From contig DIFM01000026.1 in the NCBI GenBank assembly GCA_002419135.1, positions 5,381 to 69,380 of the forward strand: DNA of 64,000 nt, in the 5' to 3' direction. Each line of letters starts with the position of its first letter. The stretch's first letter is position 1. Under the pieces are notes generated by a model. It worked only from the letters and a program-made list of their open reading frames with translations, did no database searches and had not been told where the DNA came from. This stretch comes from Dehalococcoidia bacterium UBA5748. GTDB lineage: Bacteria; Chloroflexota; Dehalococcoidia; Dehalococcoidales; UBA5627. A program made the translations under genes and the position numbers. Shown here in pieces: positions 39,501 through 49,200 of this stretch.

Positions 39501-39916
39501 GTAGCTATAAGAATACTTTTGCTTACAATGATATTCCTTGGTATGCAAGTGCAGATGTCTATTTTATAACAGAAAAAGATGAGGGGACAAGCCTAAAATA
39601 TTGTTTAGCGTTATTGAATTCTAAACTGTATTATCTGTGGCTTTACCATAAAGGGAAGCGGAAAGGCGAAATGCTGGAACTATACCAAGTCCCTTTATCC
39701 GAAATTCCTATAAAAAAGATATCGAAAAATAATCAGGAACCTTTTATTGAATTAGTAGCCCAAATCCTCGATATCACTAAAGATGAAGATTACCTTTCTA
39801 ATCCTGCCAAGAAAGCCAAAGTAAAGGATTTGGAACGCGAAATCGACATATTAGTCTATGAGCTATATGAGCTAACACCGGAAGAGATTGCAATCGTCGA
39901 AGGTAATAATAAATGA
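36584..39916 (+). CDS. PglX/MmeI/Eco57I-like N6-adenine DNA methyltransferase with TaqI-C-type specificity region
   Basis: 1110 aa, with an ATGA overlap on the upstream gene. Motifs FLNGGLFE, GSYYTP, VIDPACGSGAFP, IYGVDIQPIAVEIAKLRCFLSL and IANPPY, plus a long C-terminal TRD-like part. Confidence 0.9.
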   Translation: MNMNEERLTKLINDFNPKNLTFFLRDKCINYAEILQLLPQYDDERFNAFQKLGEIKFDNNDRLVVVTAKVCGDLSERSGKKAQYDKAKKILKELLVCNAGFFIYYDNNGNFRFSLVYAQYEGTKVNFNNFRRFTYFIDKQQTNNTFKKRVGECDFISLEKIKDAFSVEKVNKEFYGEIAKYYYRLTDKTHKELVLPSVGENDGSKYEEFAVRLIGRIIFCWFLKHKSSANRIPLIPKAVLSSDAVDVKKEYYHLILEKLFFEVMNKQQGKRTNDIDLYIPNHKQIPFLNGGLFEAHNNDFYKGTVNNNLKISPQWFKEFFVLLERYNFTIDENSTVDAEVSVDPEMLGRIFENLLAEIVPETGETARKATGSYYTPRVIVDYMVEQSLKQYLVTKTSLTEDIIDSLLSYEVDTVDITDSEKTAVVKALKEIKVIDPACGSGAFPMGILHRILLVLEKVDPNLEIWRKLYLSTYHPVMRKIIEDKLSKGNEQYIRKLTIIQDSIYGVDIQPIAVEIAKLRCFLSLVVDELVFDNEDNRGIEALPNLEFKFVAANTLIGLPPIASQSAFGVTDLVEKLKDLRERYLRSFGEEKLQIEKEFKDTQQKLYKENVQWALSSTIAKQLSDWDPFSYESCSWFEPAWMFGKDGFDIVIANPPYLGEKGHKEIFQKIKQGTLKKYYIGKMDLFYFFFHLALNLSDINSQIAFITTNYYPTASSAIKLRKDFKERSIIRRLINFNELKIFESALGQHNMVSIISKGQDENAKVDTCITCRTGVANMNILHDILAWADIETTYYNLTQNDLYEGDECYMRITGSAASEATPIQHILNKVQTQGHKLILFCNINQGIVTGADKLSNRHIIKYGIKGNRGDGIFVLDSEEIADLRIPCADKKILKPWFKNSDILKWKTQKETHENVIYLDRHNKEIYENYERHLTKYKAVLAQRREVINGVINWWQLQWPRDINFCGPKVVVPQRSYKNTFAYNDIPWYASADVYFITEKDEGTSLKYCLALLNSKLYYLWLYHKGKRKGEMLELYQVPLSEIPIKKISKNNQEPFIELVAQILDITKDEDYLSNPAKKAKVKDLEREIDILVYELYELTPEEIAIVEGNNK

Positions 39917-39925
39917 GGAAATAAA

Positions 39926-40564
39926 ATGGCAGAGCAAAAAAATGAAACGATATACCAGTTAAAAATCACTCTTAAAGAAAGCAAACCCCCTATCTGGCGG
40001 CGGATACAGGTTCCCGCCAATATCACTCTCCATAAATTGCACGCGATTCTGCAGTGCGTAATGGGTTGGTATGACTACCATCTCTACGGGTTTCGTATCG
40101 CAGGCATCGAATACGGTATCCCCGACCCGGATGGTGACTTTGACGAGTTTGATTTAAAAGACTCTCGCAGGGCACGGCTAAACAAGGTTATATCCGGTGA
40201 GAAAGCAGTATTCACCTATGATTACGATTTCGGCGACGGCTGGGAACACCAAATTTTAGTCGAGAAAATATTGCCGGCAGAATCAGGCGTACAGTACCCG
40301 GTCTGCCTGACCGGTAAGCGCGCCTGCCCGCCGGAAGATTGCGGCGGTATCGGGGGTTATGAAGACCTGCTTAAAATAATCCGCAACCCGGCGCATGAAG
40401 AATACGAAGAAATGATGGAATGGCTAGGAGGCCCGTTCGACCCGGAGGAATTCGATATCGAAGACATTAACCCGTATCTGGCACGCTATTATAAGACAAC
40501 GAAACCCAAGCGCACCGATGTCCCCGAGGTTTTTCATAGGGCTTTTGAACCGAAAGACGAATAA
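39926..40564 (+). CDS. pRiA4b ORF-3-like (PF07929-type) protein
   Basis: 212 aa. IYQLKITLKESKPPIWRRIQVPANITLHKLHAILQCVMGWYDYHLYGF is the signature I recall for this family. It starts 9 nt after the methyltransferase stop. Confidence 0.85.
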   Translation: MAEQKNETIYQLKITLKESKPPIWRRIQVPANITLHKLHAILQCVMGWYDYHLYGFRIAGIEYGIPDPDGDFDEFDLKDSRRARLNKVISGEKAVFTYDYDFGDGWEHQILVEKILPAESGVQYPVCLTGKRACPPEDCGGIGGYEDLLKIIRNPAHEEYEEMMEWLGGPFDPEEFDIEDINPYLARYYKTTKPKRTDVPEVFHRAFEPKDE

Positions 40565-40581
40565 CTATATAGCAGAAACAG

Positions 40582-40618
40582 AAAAGCCCTTTAAGTTTTA
40601 AATACTTATGGGGCTTTT
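40582..40618 (+). terminator. possible terminator hairpin after the island genes
   Basis: aaaagccc/gggctttt stem with a large loop, followed by tta. Confidence 0.35.
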
Positions 40619-40631
40619 TAGCTTCAAAAAA

Positions 40632-40707
40632 TGGTACCCCTGGTGAGAGTCGAACTCACGACACGCGGTTTAGGAAACCGCTGCTCTATCCACTGAGCTA
40701 CAGGGGC
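40632..40707 (-). tRNA. tRNA-Arg (anticodon CCT)
   Basis: Hand-folded cloverleaf on the minus strand: GCCCCTG acceptor, TAGCTCAGTGGATAGAGC D-arm, anticodon stem GCGGT/ACCGC with loop TTCCTAA, GTTCGACTC T-loop, encoded CCA. Ends are +/-2 nt. Confidence 0.85.
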
Positions 40708-41018
40708 ACGTCGGAAAATATCAACAGCTTCCGGATAAATCTCGATGTCTTTAACAGAGAAATTGTAGCAATAAAGCACTTGTTTGGCAACTGGGAAACG
40801 ACTCTCGCTTGCCTATCAGGTTAATCCACTTTTATAGCCCCATAAACTTATAATAAACGGGATGAAGTGATTTGAGCGCTATTTAAAGCGTAATTATGGA
40901 TATTAACAGACATTTTTTTATAAATAACTATTGACATCAGGCATAAACCGTAGTAACTTCAAGTAAAGGTTCTTTATCTCTTCCCCTGTTATGTGAAAAA
41001 CGGGAGGATAAATAGCGA

Positions 41019-42788
41019 GTGAAAAAGCTATACTTTCTATTGTTTTGTCTTCTGCTTCTGTGCGCCTTCCTGTCCTCCGCCGTTTTATCGGCTGAAGAGT
41101 ACTTTGCCACTGAGAATCCGGTCACTGTCAGGGTCGGTATTTATGAAAACGCACCCAAAATATTCACCGATCAGGATGGTAATGCCTCCGGCTTCTGGGC
41201 TGAAATAACAGAGTACATCGCAAAAGAAGAGGGCTGGAAGATCGAATGGGTTCACGGCAACTGGCAGGAATGCCTGGAGATGCTTGAAAACGGGGAAATC
41301 GATATCATGCCCGATGTCGCCTATAGCGATGAAAGGGCACTGCTTTACGATTTTGCCAATGAAGTATTGGTTGTAAGCTGGTCCCGAATCTATACCGCTA
41401 AAGGGGTTCCCGTACAATCTATACTCGACCTCGACGGTAAAACAATTGCTGTTTTAAAGGGGAGCGTCAATGTCGAAGGGCCGGAAGGCATCAAGGCTCT
41501 GGCAAATTCATTTGATATCAAGTGCACTTTTATAGAGGAAGATAGCTATCTGGCTGTTTTTGAAACTTTAAATAACGGGAATGCCGATGCCGCTGTCGTC
41601 AGCAAGGATTTCGGTGATTTGCATGAGAACGATTACAACATCGAAAAAACCCGCATTATATTTGCCCCTTCAAAGCTGTTTTTTGCATTCACGAAGGGAG
41701 GCGCTTTAACTCCGTCTCTTATCGAAGCAGTTGATACTAACATTAGCCGGTTAAAATCCGATATGGATTCCGCCTATTACGATTTGCTGGGAAAGTGGTT
41801 CGGGGGTGTTGCAGAGAGGGAAGTCATTCCGGGATGGGTTTGGTGGACTGCCGGCGGATTGATGTTATCGATACTTCTGCTTGGCGGAGGGAGTTTTGTT
41901 TTGAGGTCTCAGGTCAATGCCTGCACGAGGGAGTTGACAGAGGAGGTTCTGAAGCGCAAACAGGCAGGGGAAGACTTGAGACAATCGTATGGAAAGCTGG
42001 AGGAACTGGTAAACCTGCGTACCCGCGAATTGAATGAGAAAAAGGATGCCTTGCAGGAAGCCAATGCTCATCTTCAGGAAGTGAACCGTCATAAATCGGT
42101 ATTTTTGGCTAATATGAGCCATGAACTCAGAACTCCGCTGAATTCAATAATCGGTTATACCAAGTTAATGTATGATGGGCTGGATGGAGAAATAAACGAG
42201 GAACAGAAGCAGGATTTACTGGCCGTTTACAATAACGGGAAAAACCTTCTGGAGATTATTAACGGTCTTTTGGACCTCTCCAAGATAGAAGCGGGAAAGA
42301 TTATAATGGCATATGAAGTATTTCCCATCTCCGGTTTGATAAATGAAATAATCACCACTATAGAGCCGTTAGCCAGAGAAAAAGGATTGACTCTGACATA
42401 CAATGTAGACCCGGTGATTGATAACCTTTATGCCGACCGTGCCAAAATACGGCAGGTGTTATTGAATATACTGGGGAATTCGGTTAAGTTCACCTCGAAG
42501 GGAGGCATCGAACTAAATATAACCGCTGATGAGGACAATTACATTTTTACAGTGACCGATACCGGTATCGGAATCGAAAAAGAGAACCTCGAAGTCATTT
42601 TCGACAGCTTTGTCCAGGTCGGTCCGGCGCAAATTGCCGGATATGCCGGTACCGGGCTGGGGTTGGCTGTCTGCAGACAGTTTATCGAGATGCAGGGCGG
42701 CAGGATATGGGCTGAAAGCGAGTTGGGAAAGGGAAGCAAGTTTATCTTTACACTGCCCATGAATAAAGAAATAATGCTGAATTGTTAA
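41019..42788 (+). CDS. sensor histidine kinase with periplasmic solute-binding (SBP_bac_3-like) domain
   Basis: 589 aa with a GTG start. Signal/TM, a type-3 SBP-like domain, a second TM, a coiled coil, an H-box (FLANMSHELRTPLNSI) and an ATPase with N, G1 and G2 boxes. Confidence 0.9.
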   Translation: MKKLYFLLFCLLLLCAFLSSAVLSAEEYFATENPVTVRVGIYENAPKIFTDQDGNASGFWAEITEYIAKEEGWKIEWVHGNWQECLEMLENGEIDIMPDVAYSDERALLYDFANEVLVVSWSRIYTAKGVPVQSILDLDGKTIAVLKGSVNVEGPEGIKALANSFDIKCTFIEEDSYLAVFETLNNGNADAAVVSKDFGDLHENDYNIEKTRIIFAPSKLFFAFTKGGALTPSLIEAVDTNISRLKSDMDSAYYDLLGKWFGGVAEREVIPGWVWWTAGGLMLSILLLGGGSFVLRSQVNACTRELTEEVLKRKQAGEDLRQSYGKLEELVNLRTRELNEKKDALQEANAHLQEVNRHKSVFLANMSHELRTPLNSIIGYTKLMYDGLDGEINEEQKQDLLAVYNNGKNLLEIINGLLDLSKIEAGKIIMAYEVFPISGLINEIITTIEPLAREKGLTLTYNVDPVIDNLYADRAKIRQVLLNILGNSVKFTSKGGIELNITADEDNYIFTVTDTGIGIEKENLEVIFDSFVQVGPAQIAGYAGTGLGLAVCRQFIEMQGGRIWAESELGKGSKFIFTLPMNKEIMLNC

Positions 42789-42801
42789 ATCGGGGGTATC
42801 T

Positions 42802-43191
42802 ATGGAATCTATTGAGAGAACAAGGAAAATAATGGTGGTCGACGATAATGACGACGGCAGGCGGTTGGTTTCAAAGGTGTTGAAAATGCACGGCTATCAG
42901 GTTACGGGAGCGGCTAAGGGAGAGGAAGCCGTTGTTAAAGCGCAATCCGAACTGCCGGACCTGATTCTGATGGACATCAGGCTGCCGGGGGGTATCGACG
43001 GGCTTGAGGCTACCAGGCGTATTAAAGCCGAACCCGAAACAGCTAAAATAACTATCCTGGCGTTAACCGCCAGTGTCAGGCCGGAGGATATGCAGTTGGC
43101 TCTGGACGCAGGTTGCAGCGGTTTTGCCCACAAGCCGATAGATATAGATGAACTGCCCAAACAGATAGCCGAATATATTGCACGCAAATAA
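42802..43191 (+). CDS. single-domain response regulator (CheY-like)
   Basis: 129 aa. VVDDND...LILMDIRLPGGIDG...ALTA...KP receiver motifs. Confidence 0.9.
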   Translation: MESIERTRKIMVVDDNDDGRRLVSKVLKMHGYQVTGAAKGEEAVVKAQSELPDLILMDIRLPGGIDGLEATRRIKAEPETAKITILALTASVRPEDMQLALDAGCSGFAHKPIDIDELPKQIAEYIARK

Positions 43192-43241
43192 TCGAAGTAG
43201 TGATTTTAATCGTTATGAACTCGGAACAGGGGGAAACTAAT

Positions 43242-46200
43242 ATGAAAATATTGATAGTCGAAGATAACGAAGACAGCCGCAACTTGTTATCGAAACAGCT
43301 GCGCTCTTACGGGCATGAAGTAATAACGGCAAATAACGGAATCGAAGCTTTGGAGCAGGCTCTCAAAGATGCCCCCGACATAGTGGTGAGCGATATCCAG
43401 ATGCCTGAAATGGACGGCTTTCAGCTATGCCGCCAGTGGAAGCAGAATGAAAAGCTTAAATACATACCAGTTGTTTTTTATACTGCTACCTATACATCCC
43501 AGGAAGATGAAAAATTTGCCTTGAATCTCGGCGTGAATGCCTTTGTAAGAAAACCGACCGATCCCGGTGTGTTGGCAAAAATCCTGTCCGAAATAATTGA
43601 ACAAGCCGGAGCCGGACTTTTACCTCCCCCGATAGTCGAGTCTCTTGGGCAAGATGAATATCTGGAAGAGTACAATAAACGCCTGGTTGCCAAATTGCAG
43701 AAAAAAATTGAAGATTTGAATCTGGAAATCAGCAGGCGTAAAAAAGCGGAATCGGATATCAGGAGAATCGGCCGCATGCTGAGAACTATCAGCGAATGCA
43801 ATCAGCTCCTTGTGCACGCCACCGATGAGAAGGAATTACTGGAGAGTATATGTGATTTGGTCGTCAGGTCGGAGGGTTTCCCGTTGGCATGGGCGGGTTT
43901 TGCCGAAAACGATGAAGATAAAACAGTTCGACCTGTTGCCTTTGCCGGAAGCGTCACGGAGTATCTGAATAACCTGAAAATCAGCTGGGCAGATAACGAA
44001 TTCGGCAAGGGGCCGACGGGTGTGGCTATCAGGACAGGCAAACACTGTATCGCCCGTTATGGCACTACCGATTCGGATTTTGCCCGCTGGCACGCTTCGG
44101 CGGCAAAATACGGATTCAATTCTTCGATTGCCCTGCCGCTTATTTCTGAAGGCATAACCATTGGCTCGCTCAATATATATTCAAAGGATGAAGACGCTTT
44201 TAATGAAGAACAGGTCAAATTGCTTGCCGAACTGGCGGATGACCTGGCATACGGTATTACCGCATTACGCAAGCGGCATGAACTGGATATTGCCACCGAA
44301 AATCTGGTGCGCTCCGAGAAAAAATACTCGACTCTTGTAGAATATAGTAGCGACGGCATAATCATCATACAGGACGGGCTAATCAAGTTTGCCAACCGGG
44401 AAACGACAAGAATGACGGGGTTTACTTTAAATGAAACAATCGGAAAAGCTCTGGCTGATTTTGTCAGTCCGCGTTATAAAGAGTTTGTTTCCGAAAGATA
44501 TACTAGAAGGATGGCAGGAGAAGATGTTCCCAGCCGGTACGAAGTTGAGATAAACAGAAAAAACGGTAAGGCTGTACCTGTAGAGATAAATGCCGGTATT
44601 ATTGAGTACGATGGGAAGCCGGCGGATATGGCGCTAATCCGCGATATAACCGAGCGCAAGGAAGCTGAGCAGCAGGTCCTGAGGCAACGAACTATATTGG
44701 AAGCTATCAACAGGGTATTCGAGGATACTCTCGAGTGTGAAACGGATGAAGAAGTAGCTCGAAGTTGCCTCTCCGTTGCCGAGCAGCTTACCGGCAGTGA
44801 GTTCGGCTGGATAGGCGAGATAAATAAAGCCGGGCTACTTGATACGCTGGCACAGAGCGACCCGGGCTGGCAGGCTTGCAGAATACCCGGCACTACGGCA
44901 ACCAAATGTATCAGGAATATGGATGTTCGGGGAGTTTGGGGAAGGGTATTAAAAAGCCGAAAAGCATTAATAACTAACGACCCGTCGACACATCCCGACA
45001 GCGTAGGAGTACCGGACGGGCATCCTTCTTTAACGTCCTTCCTCGGGGTGCCGTTAAAAGATGGCGCAAAGACATTCGGTATGATTGCACTGGCTAACAA
45101 GCCGGACGGCTATACATTATTGGAACAGGAAGCTGTTGAGAAGCTGTCCGTAGCCATGGTCGAACTGTTAAGACGCAAACGAGCGGATAACAGCGTAAGG
45201 TTACATGAGCGGCATCTGCAGGAATTAGTCGAACTTTATAAAATGACGGAAGACCGCCGAAAATCTATATCGGATTATGTAAGTTACACACTTGAGTCGG
45301 TTCAAAAGTCTTTGCAGAGCCGGATTGCCTTCATCGGCACGATGAATGAAGACGAATCGATATTTACGACTCTCGCATGGACAAAAGATACTATGAAGCA
45401 ATGTGCTATCGAGAAAAAACCGATGCGTTTTTCGATAGCAGAGTCCGGGTTGTGGGGTGAGGTGGTGAGACAGCGCCGCCCGATTGTCATTAACGACTAC
45501 GATGCTGCTGAAGAGTATAAGAAGGGGTATCCGGAGGGGCATATCCCCATAAAACGCTTCTTAAGCGTACCAATTTTCAGTTCAGACAGAATAGTAGCTG
45601 TGGCGGCTGTTGCCAACAGGGATTCGGAATACAATGATTCAGATGTCAATGTCCTGACTTCCCTGCTGCATGAGATGTGGAATTTGACCGAGCGTAAAAA
45701 GGATGAGGAAGCGCTTAAGGAAAGTGAAGCGAAATACCGCTTGCTGGTGGAAAACATACCGGTCGGAGTGGCAATTATGCGCGGCGGTAAAATTCTATTC
45801 ACAAACAGTCAGAACGAACAAATATCCGGTTATACAATCGAAGAACTCAAGTCCATTAATCCCTTTGATGCAATTTATGAAGAAGATCGTGCCAAAGTAA
45901 CCGAATATGCCGCTATGAGGGTACGGGGCGAATCTGTCCCCGGCAGTTATGATATAAGAATTATACATAAAGACGGGAGCCTACGCTGGTTGAATCGTAA
46001 TGTAGTACGGATTGACTGGCTGGGGGAGAAAGCTTTGCTAATAATAGATACCGATATCACCGAGCGCATTAAAGCAGAGCAAGCGGTTCAAGAAAGCGAG
46101 AAGAAATATCATTCACTCTTCACGCAATCTACCGAGGGGATTTATGTTCATGATTTAGACGGCAATATTGTTGATGTCAATGAGGTGGCTTGTATACAAA

Positions 46201-49200
46201 CAGAGTATACCCGGGAAGAACTTTTACAGTTAAATGTATTTGATTTGCATCCGGATTGTCAGCCTACTGCTAATAATCCGAAGCCTGAAATAATTGAACT
46301 TTGGAAAGGCTGGCAGACAGGGCAGAGGTTCTACTATGAAGGAGAACATCGACGCAAGAATGGAAATGTCTATCCAACCGAAATATCGACAGGTGTTATC
46401 GAATATGGAAACAATAAATACATTCTTGCTATTGTTAAAGATATCACTGAGCGTAAAGAAGCCGCCGAATCACTGAGGAAGGAAAGGGAAAGTGCCCGGA
46501 GAATACTGGATACGGCGCAGGCCATCATCCTTACGCTTGACAGTAAAGGTAAGATTGTACATTTCAATCCTTATACGACCGCTATTTCCGGCTATACAAT
46601 CGATGAGGTGAGAGGTAAAGACTGGTTTGAAACCTTTTTACCGCAACGGAATCGCCAACAAACCAGAGCGATGTTTAATAAAGCGCTGGAAACCGTAAAA
46701 CCGGCATCAAATGTAGATATTATTGTCACCAAGGCGGGGGAAGAGCGTTTCATCGATTGGTATTTCATCTCGATAAAAGATAACGGCGGGGAAACGCTCG
46801 GGGTGCTGTCCACAGGGCAGGATGTTACCGAACGCAGGAAAGCCGAGGAAGAGGTACTTGCTTCCGAAACCCGCTATCGCCGTCTCTTTGAAGCAGCCAA
46901 GGATGGAATCCTGATAGTCAATGCAGAGACGGGATTAATCTTCGACGTAAATCCGTTTTTAATTAACCTGCTGGGATTAACTAAAGAAGATTTTATTGGC
47001 AAGGAGTTATGGGAGATTGGGATATTTAAGGATATCGTAGCGAATAAAGCCAATTTTGAGGAGTTACGGCAAAAAGGGCGTATTCGTTATGAAGATTTGC
47101 CGTTAAGAACGCACGATGGCCGGCAGGTAGATGTGGAATTCGTCAGCAATGTATATGAGGTTGACCACAGTAAAGTAATCCAATGCAATATTCGTGATAT
47201 CACCGAGCGTAAGAAGGCGGAGGAAGCATTAAAAGATGAAGCCACCCGCAGGCGCATACTCCTCGAGCAGTCGAGGGATGGCATTGTCGTCCTCAATCAG
47301 GAAGGCGGAGTACATGAAGCTAACAAACGTTTTGCCGAGATGCTCGGTTATTCTAATGAGGAAGTGCTCAAACTTCATGCTTGGGATTGGGAATATATGG
47401 CATCGCAAGACCGGCTTGTCGAAATGTTACGCGATGTAGATGAAAAAGGTGACCAATTCGAAACGAAACACCGCCGCAAGGATGGCAGTATATATGATGT
47501 CGAAATAAGCACAAACGGCGCCATTTTTGCCGGGCAAAAGCTGATTTTCTGTGTTTGCCGCGATATTACCGAGCGTAAGAATGCACAAGAAGAATTGCGT
47601 GAATCACAGCATCTTTTCAGTACAGTTGCCAATACATCACCGGCATTGGTATGGATGTCGGGAACGGATAAGCTATGCAATTGGTTTAATGAGCCATGGC
47701 TGACCTTCACCGGGCGCACTATGGAACAGGAGATGGGTAATGGCTGGACAGATGGCGTACATCCCGATGATTTAGCCGGTTGTTTAAAAACTTATGTGCA
47801 AGCCTTCGATAGCAGACAAGAATTTTCTATGGAATACCGCCTGCGGCATCATGACGGAGAATACAGATGGATTATCGATAAGGGAACGCCCAGATTTGAT
47901 GCTAATGGCAATTTTATGGGTTATATCGGCTCCTGTCTTGATATCACCGAGCGTAAGAAAGCAGCGGAACAGATGCGGAAAAGCGAAGAGAAATACCGTA
48001 CGTTATTTGAAACCATGAGACAGGGTGTGATTTTCTGGAATGAAAACGGCAAACTGATTTCGGCTAATGCGGCTACAGAGGGTATACTGGGCTTATCCAT
48101 GGAACAAATGCTGGGGAAATCGCCTGCAGAAATCTTCCGGAAAGCTATTCATGAAAACGGCTCTGCTTTCCCGAAGAATAAGTATCCCTCCTGTATGGCG
48201 TTAAAGAGTGGAAACTCGGCAAAAGATATTATTATGGGGGTTTTCAACTTTAAGGAGGACAGATATCGCTGGATAGTTATCAATGCGATGCCTCTGTTTA
48301 AAGAGAACGAAAATAAACCACATCAGGTTTATACCACCTATAGCGATATTACTCAAATCAAGCAAATTGAGAGGGCATTAATCCAATCAGAAAACAATCT
48401 GCGCCAATTGCTGGACAGTTGGACAACGACCTTCAATTCTATAAATAACGGCATCTGCCTGCTGTCACTCGATGGCACTGTCATCCGTTGTAATCAAGCA
48501 ATGAATGATATATTGGGAAAAACCGATAAAGAGATCAACGGAGAAAAGTGTTTCAGGCTTGTTCACGGAACGGAAAGGCGTATAAAAGGATGCCCTCATT
48601 TAAAGATGATAAAAAGCGGGCACCGGGAAGCATTCGAATACATGGTAGGAGAGAAGTGGTTCTATACGGTGGTAGACCCGATATTCGACGGCAAGGGAAA
48701 TATTAGCGCGTCTGTTCACATAATGGAGGACATCACGGAACGCAAGAAGACGGCGGAAAGGATGATTGTGACAGACCGCCTGGCATCAATCGGCGAGCTT
48801 TCTTCGGGTATCGCTCACGAGCTTAATAATCCGCTCACCAGTGTCATAGGCCTTACGCAATTGCTTCTGGAGGGGGGGAATATTCCGGAAGACATTTCAA
48901 GAGATCTGCAACTGGTTAACAGCGAAGCTCGGAGGGCGGCTAAAGTAGTTAAAAACCTGCTCGTTTTTGCCCGCAGGCATCCTAATGAAATGCAATTGTC
49001 GGATGTTAATCAGGCTGTTGAGAAGGTGCTTGAATTACGGGAATACGAACAGAAAGTCAGTAATATAAGGGTTATCAGAAAACTCGACCCGCACCTCCCA
49101 CGGATATTGATGGACTACTTCCAGATTCAACAGGTATTTCTAAATATCGTCGTTAACGCAGAATTTGCCATGGTAGAGGCGCATAACAAAGGGACACTCA

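Noticed and set aside
33222-40564. Calling the island DISARM or BREX
   Set aside because: DISARM requires DrmA (helicase) and DrmB (DUF1998). BREX requires PglZ and BrxC/PglY. None is present in the window, so only the PLD, SNF2 and methylase building blocks are shared.
40565-40720. Integrase or att duplication at the tRNA-Arg boundary
   Set aside because: No integrase or recombinase ORF is present anywhere in the island. I could not find a copy of the tRNA 3' segment at the left edge by eye, so the mechanism of acquisition stays open.
44474-45100. Long antisense ORFs inside the giant kinase, rny and HD-GYP genes (for example 44474..45100, 6837..7478, 49591..50181)
   Set aside because: All are embedded opposite strongly supported genes. 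They are Ser/Arg/Leu-rich and lack start-site signals.
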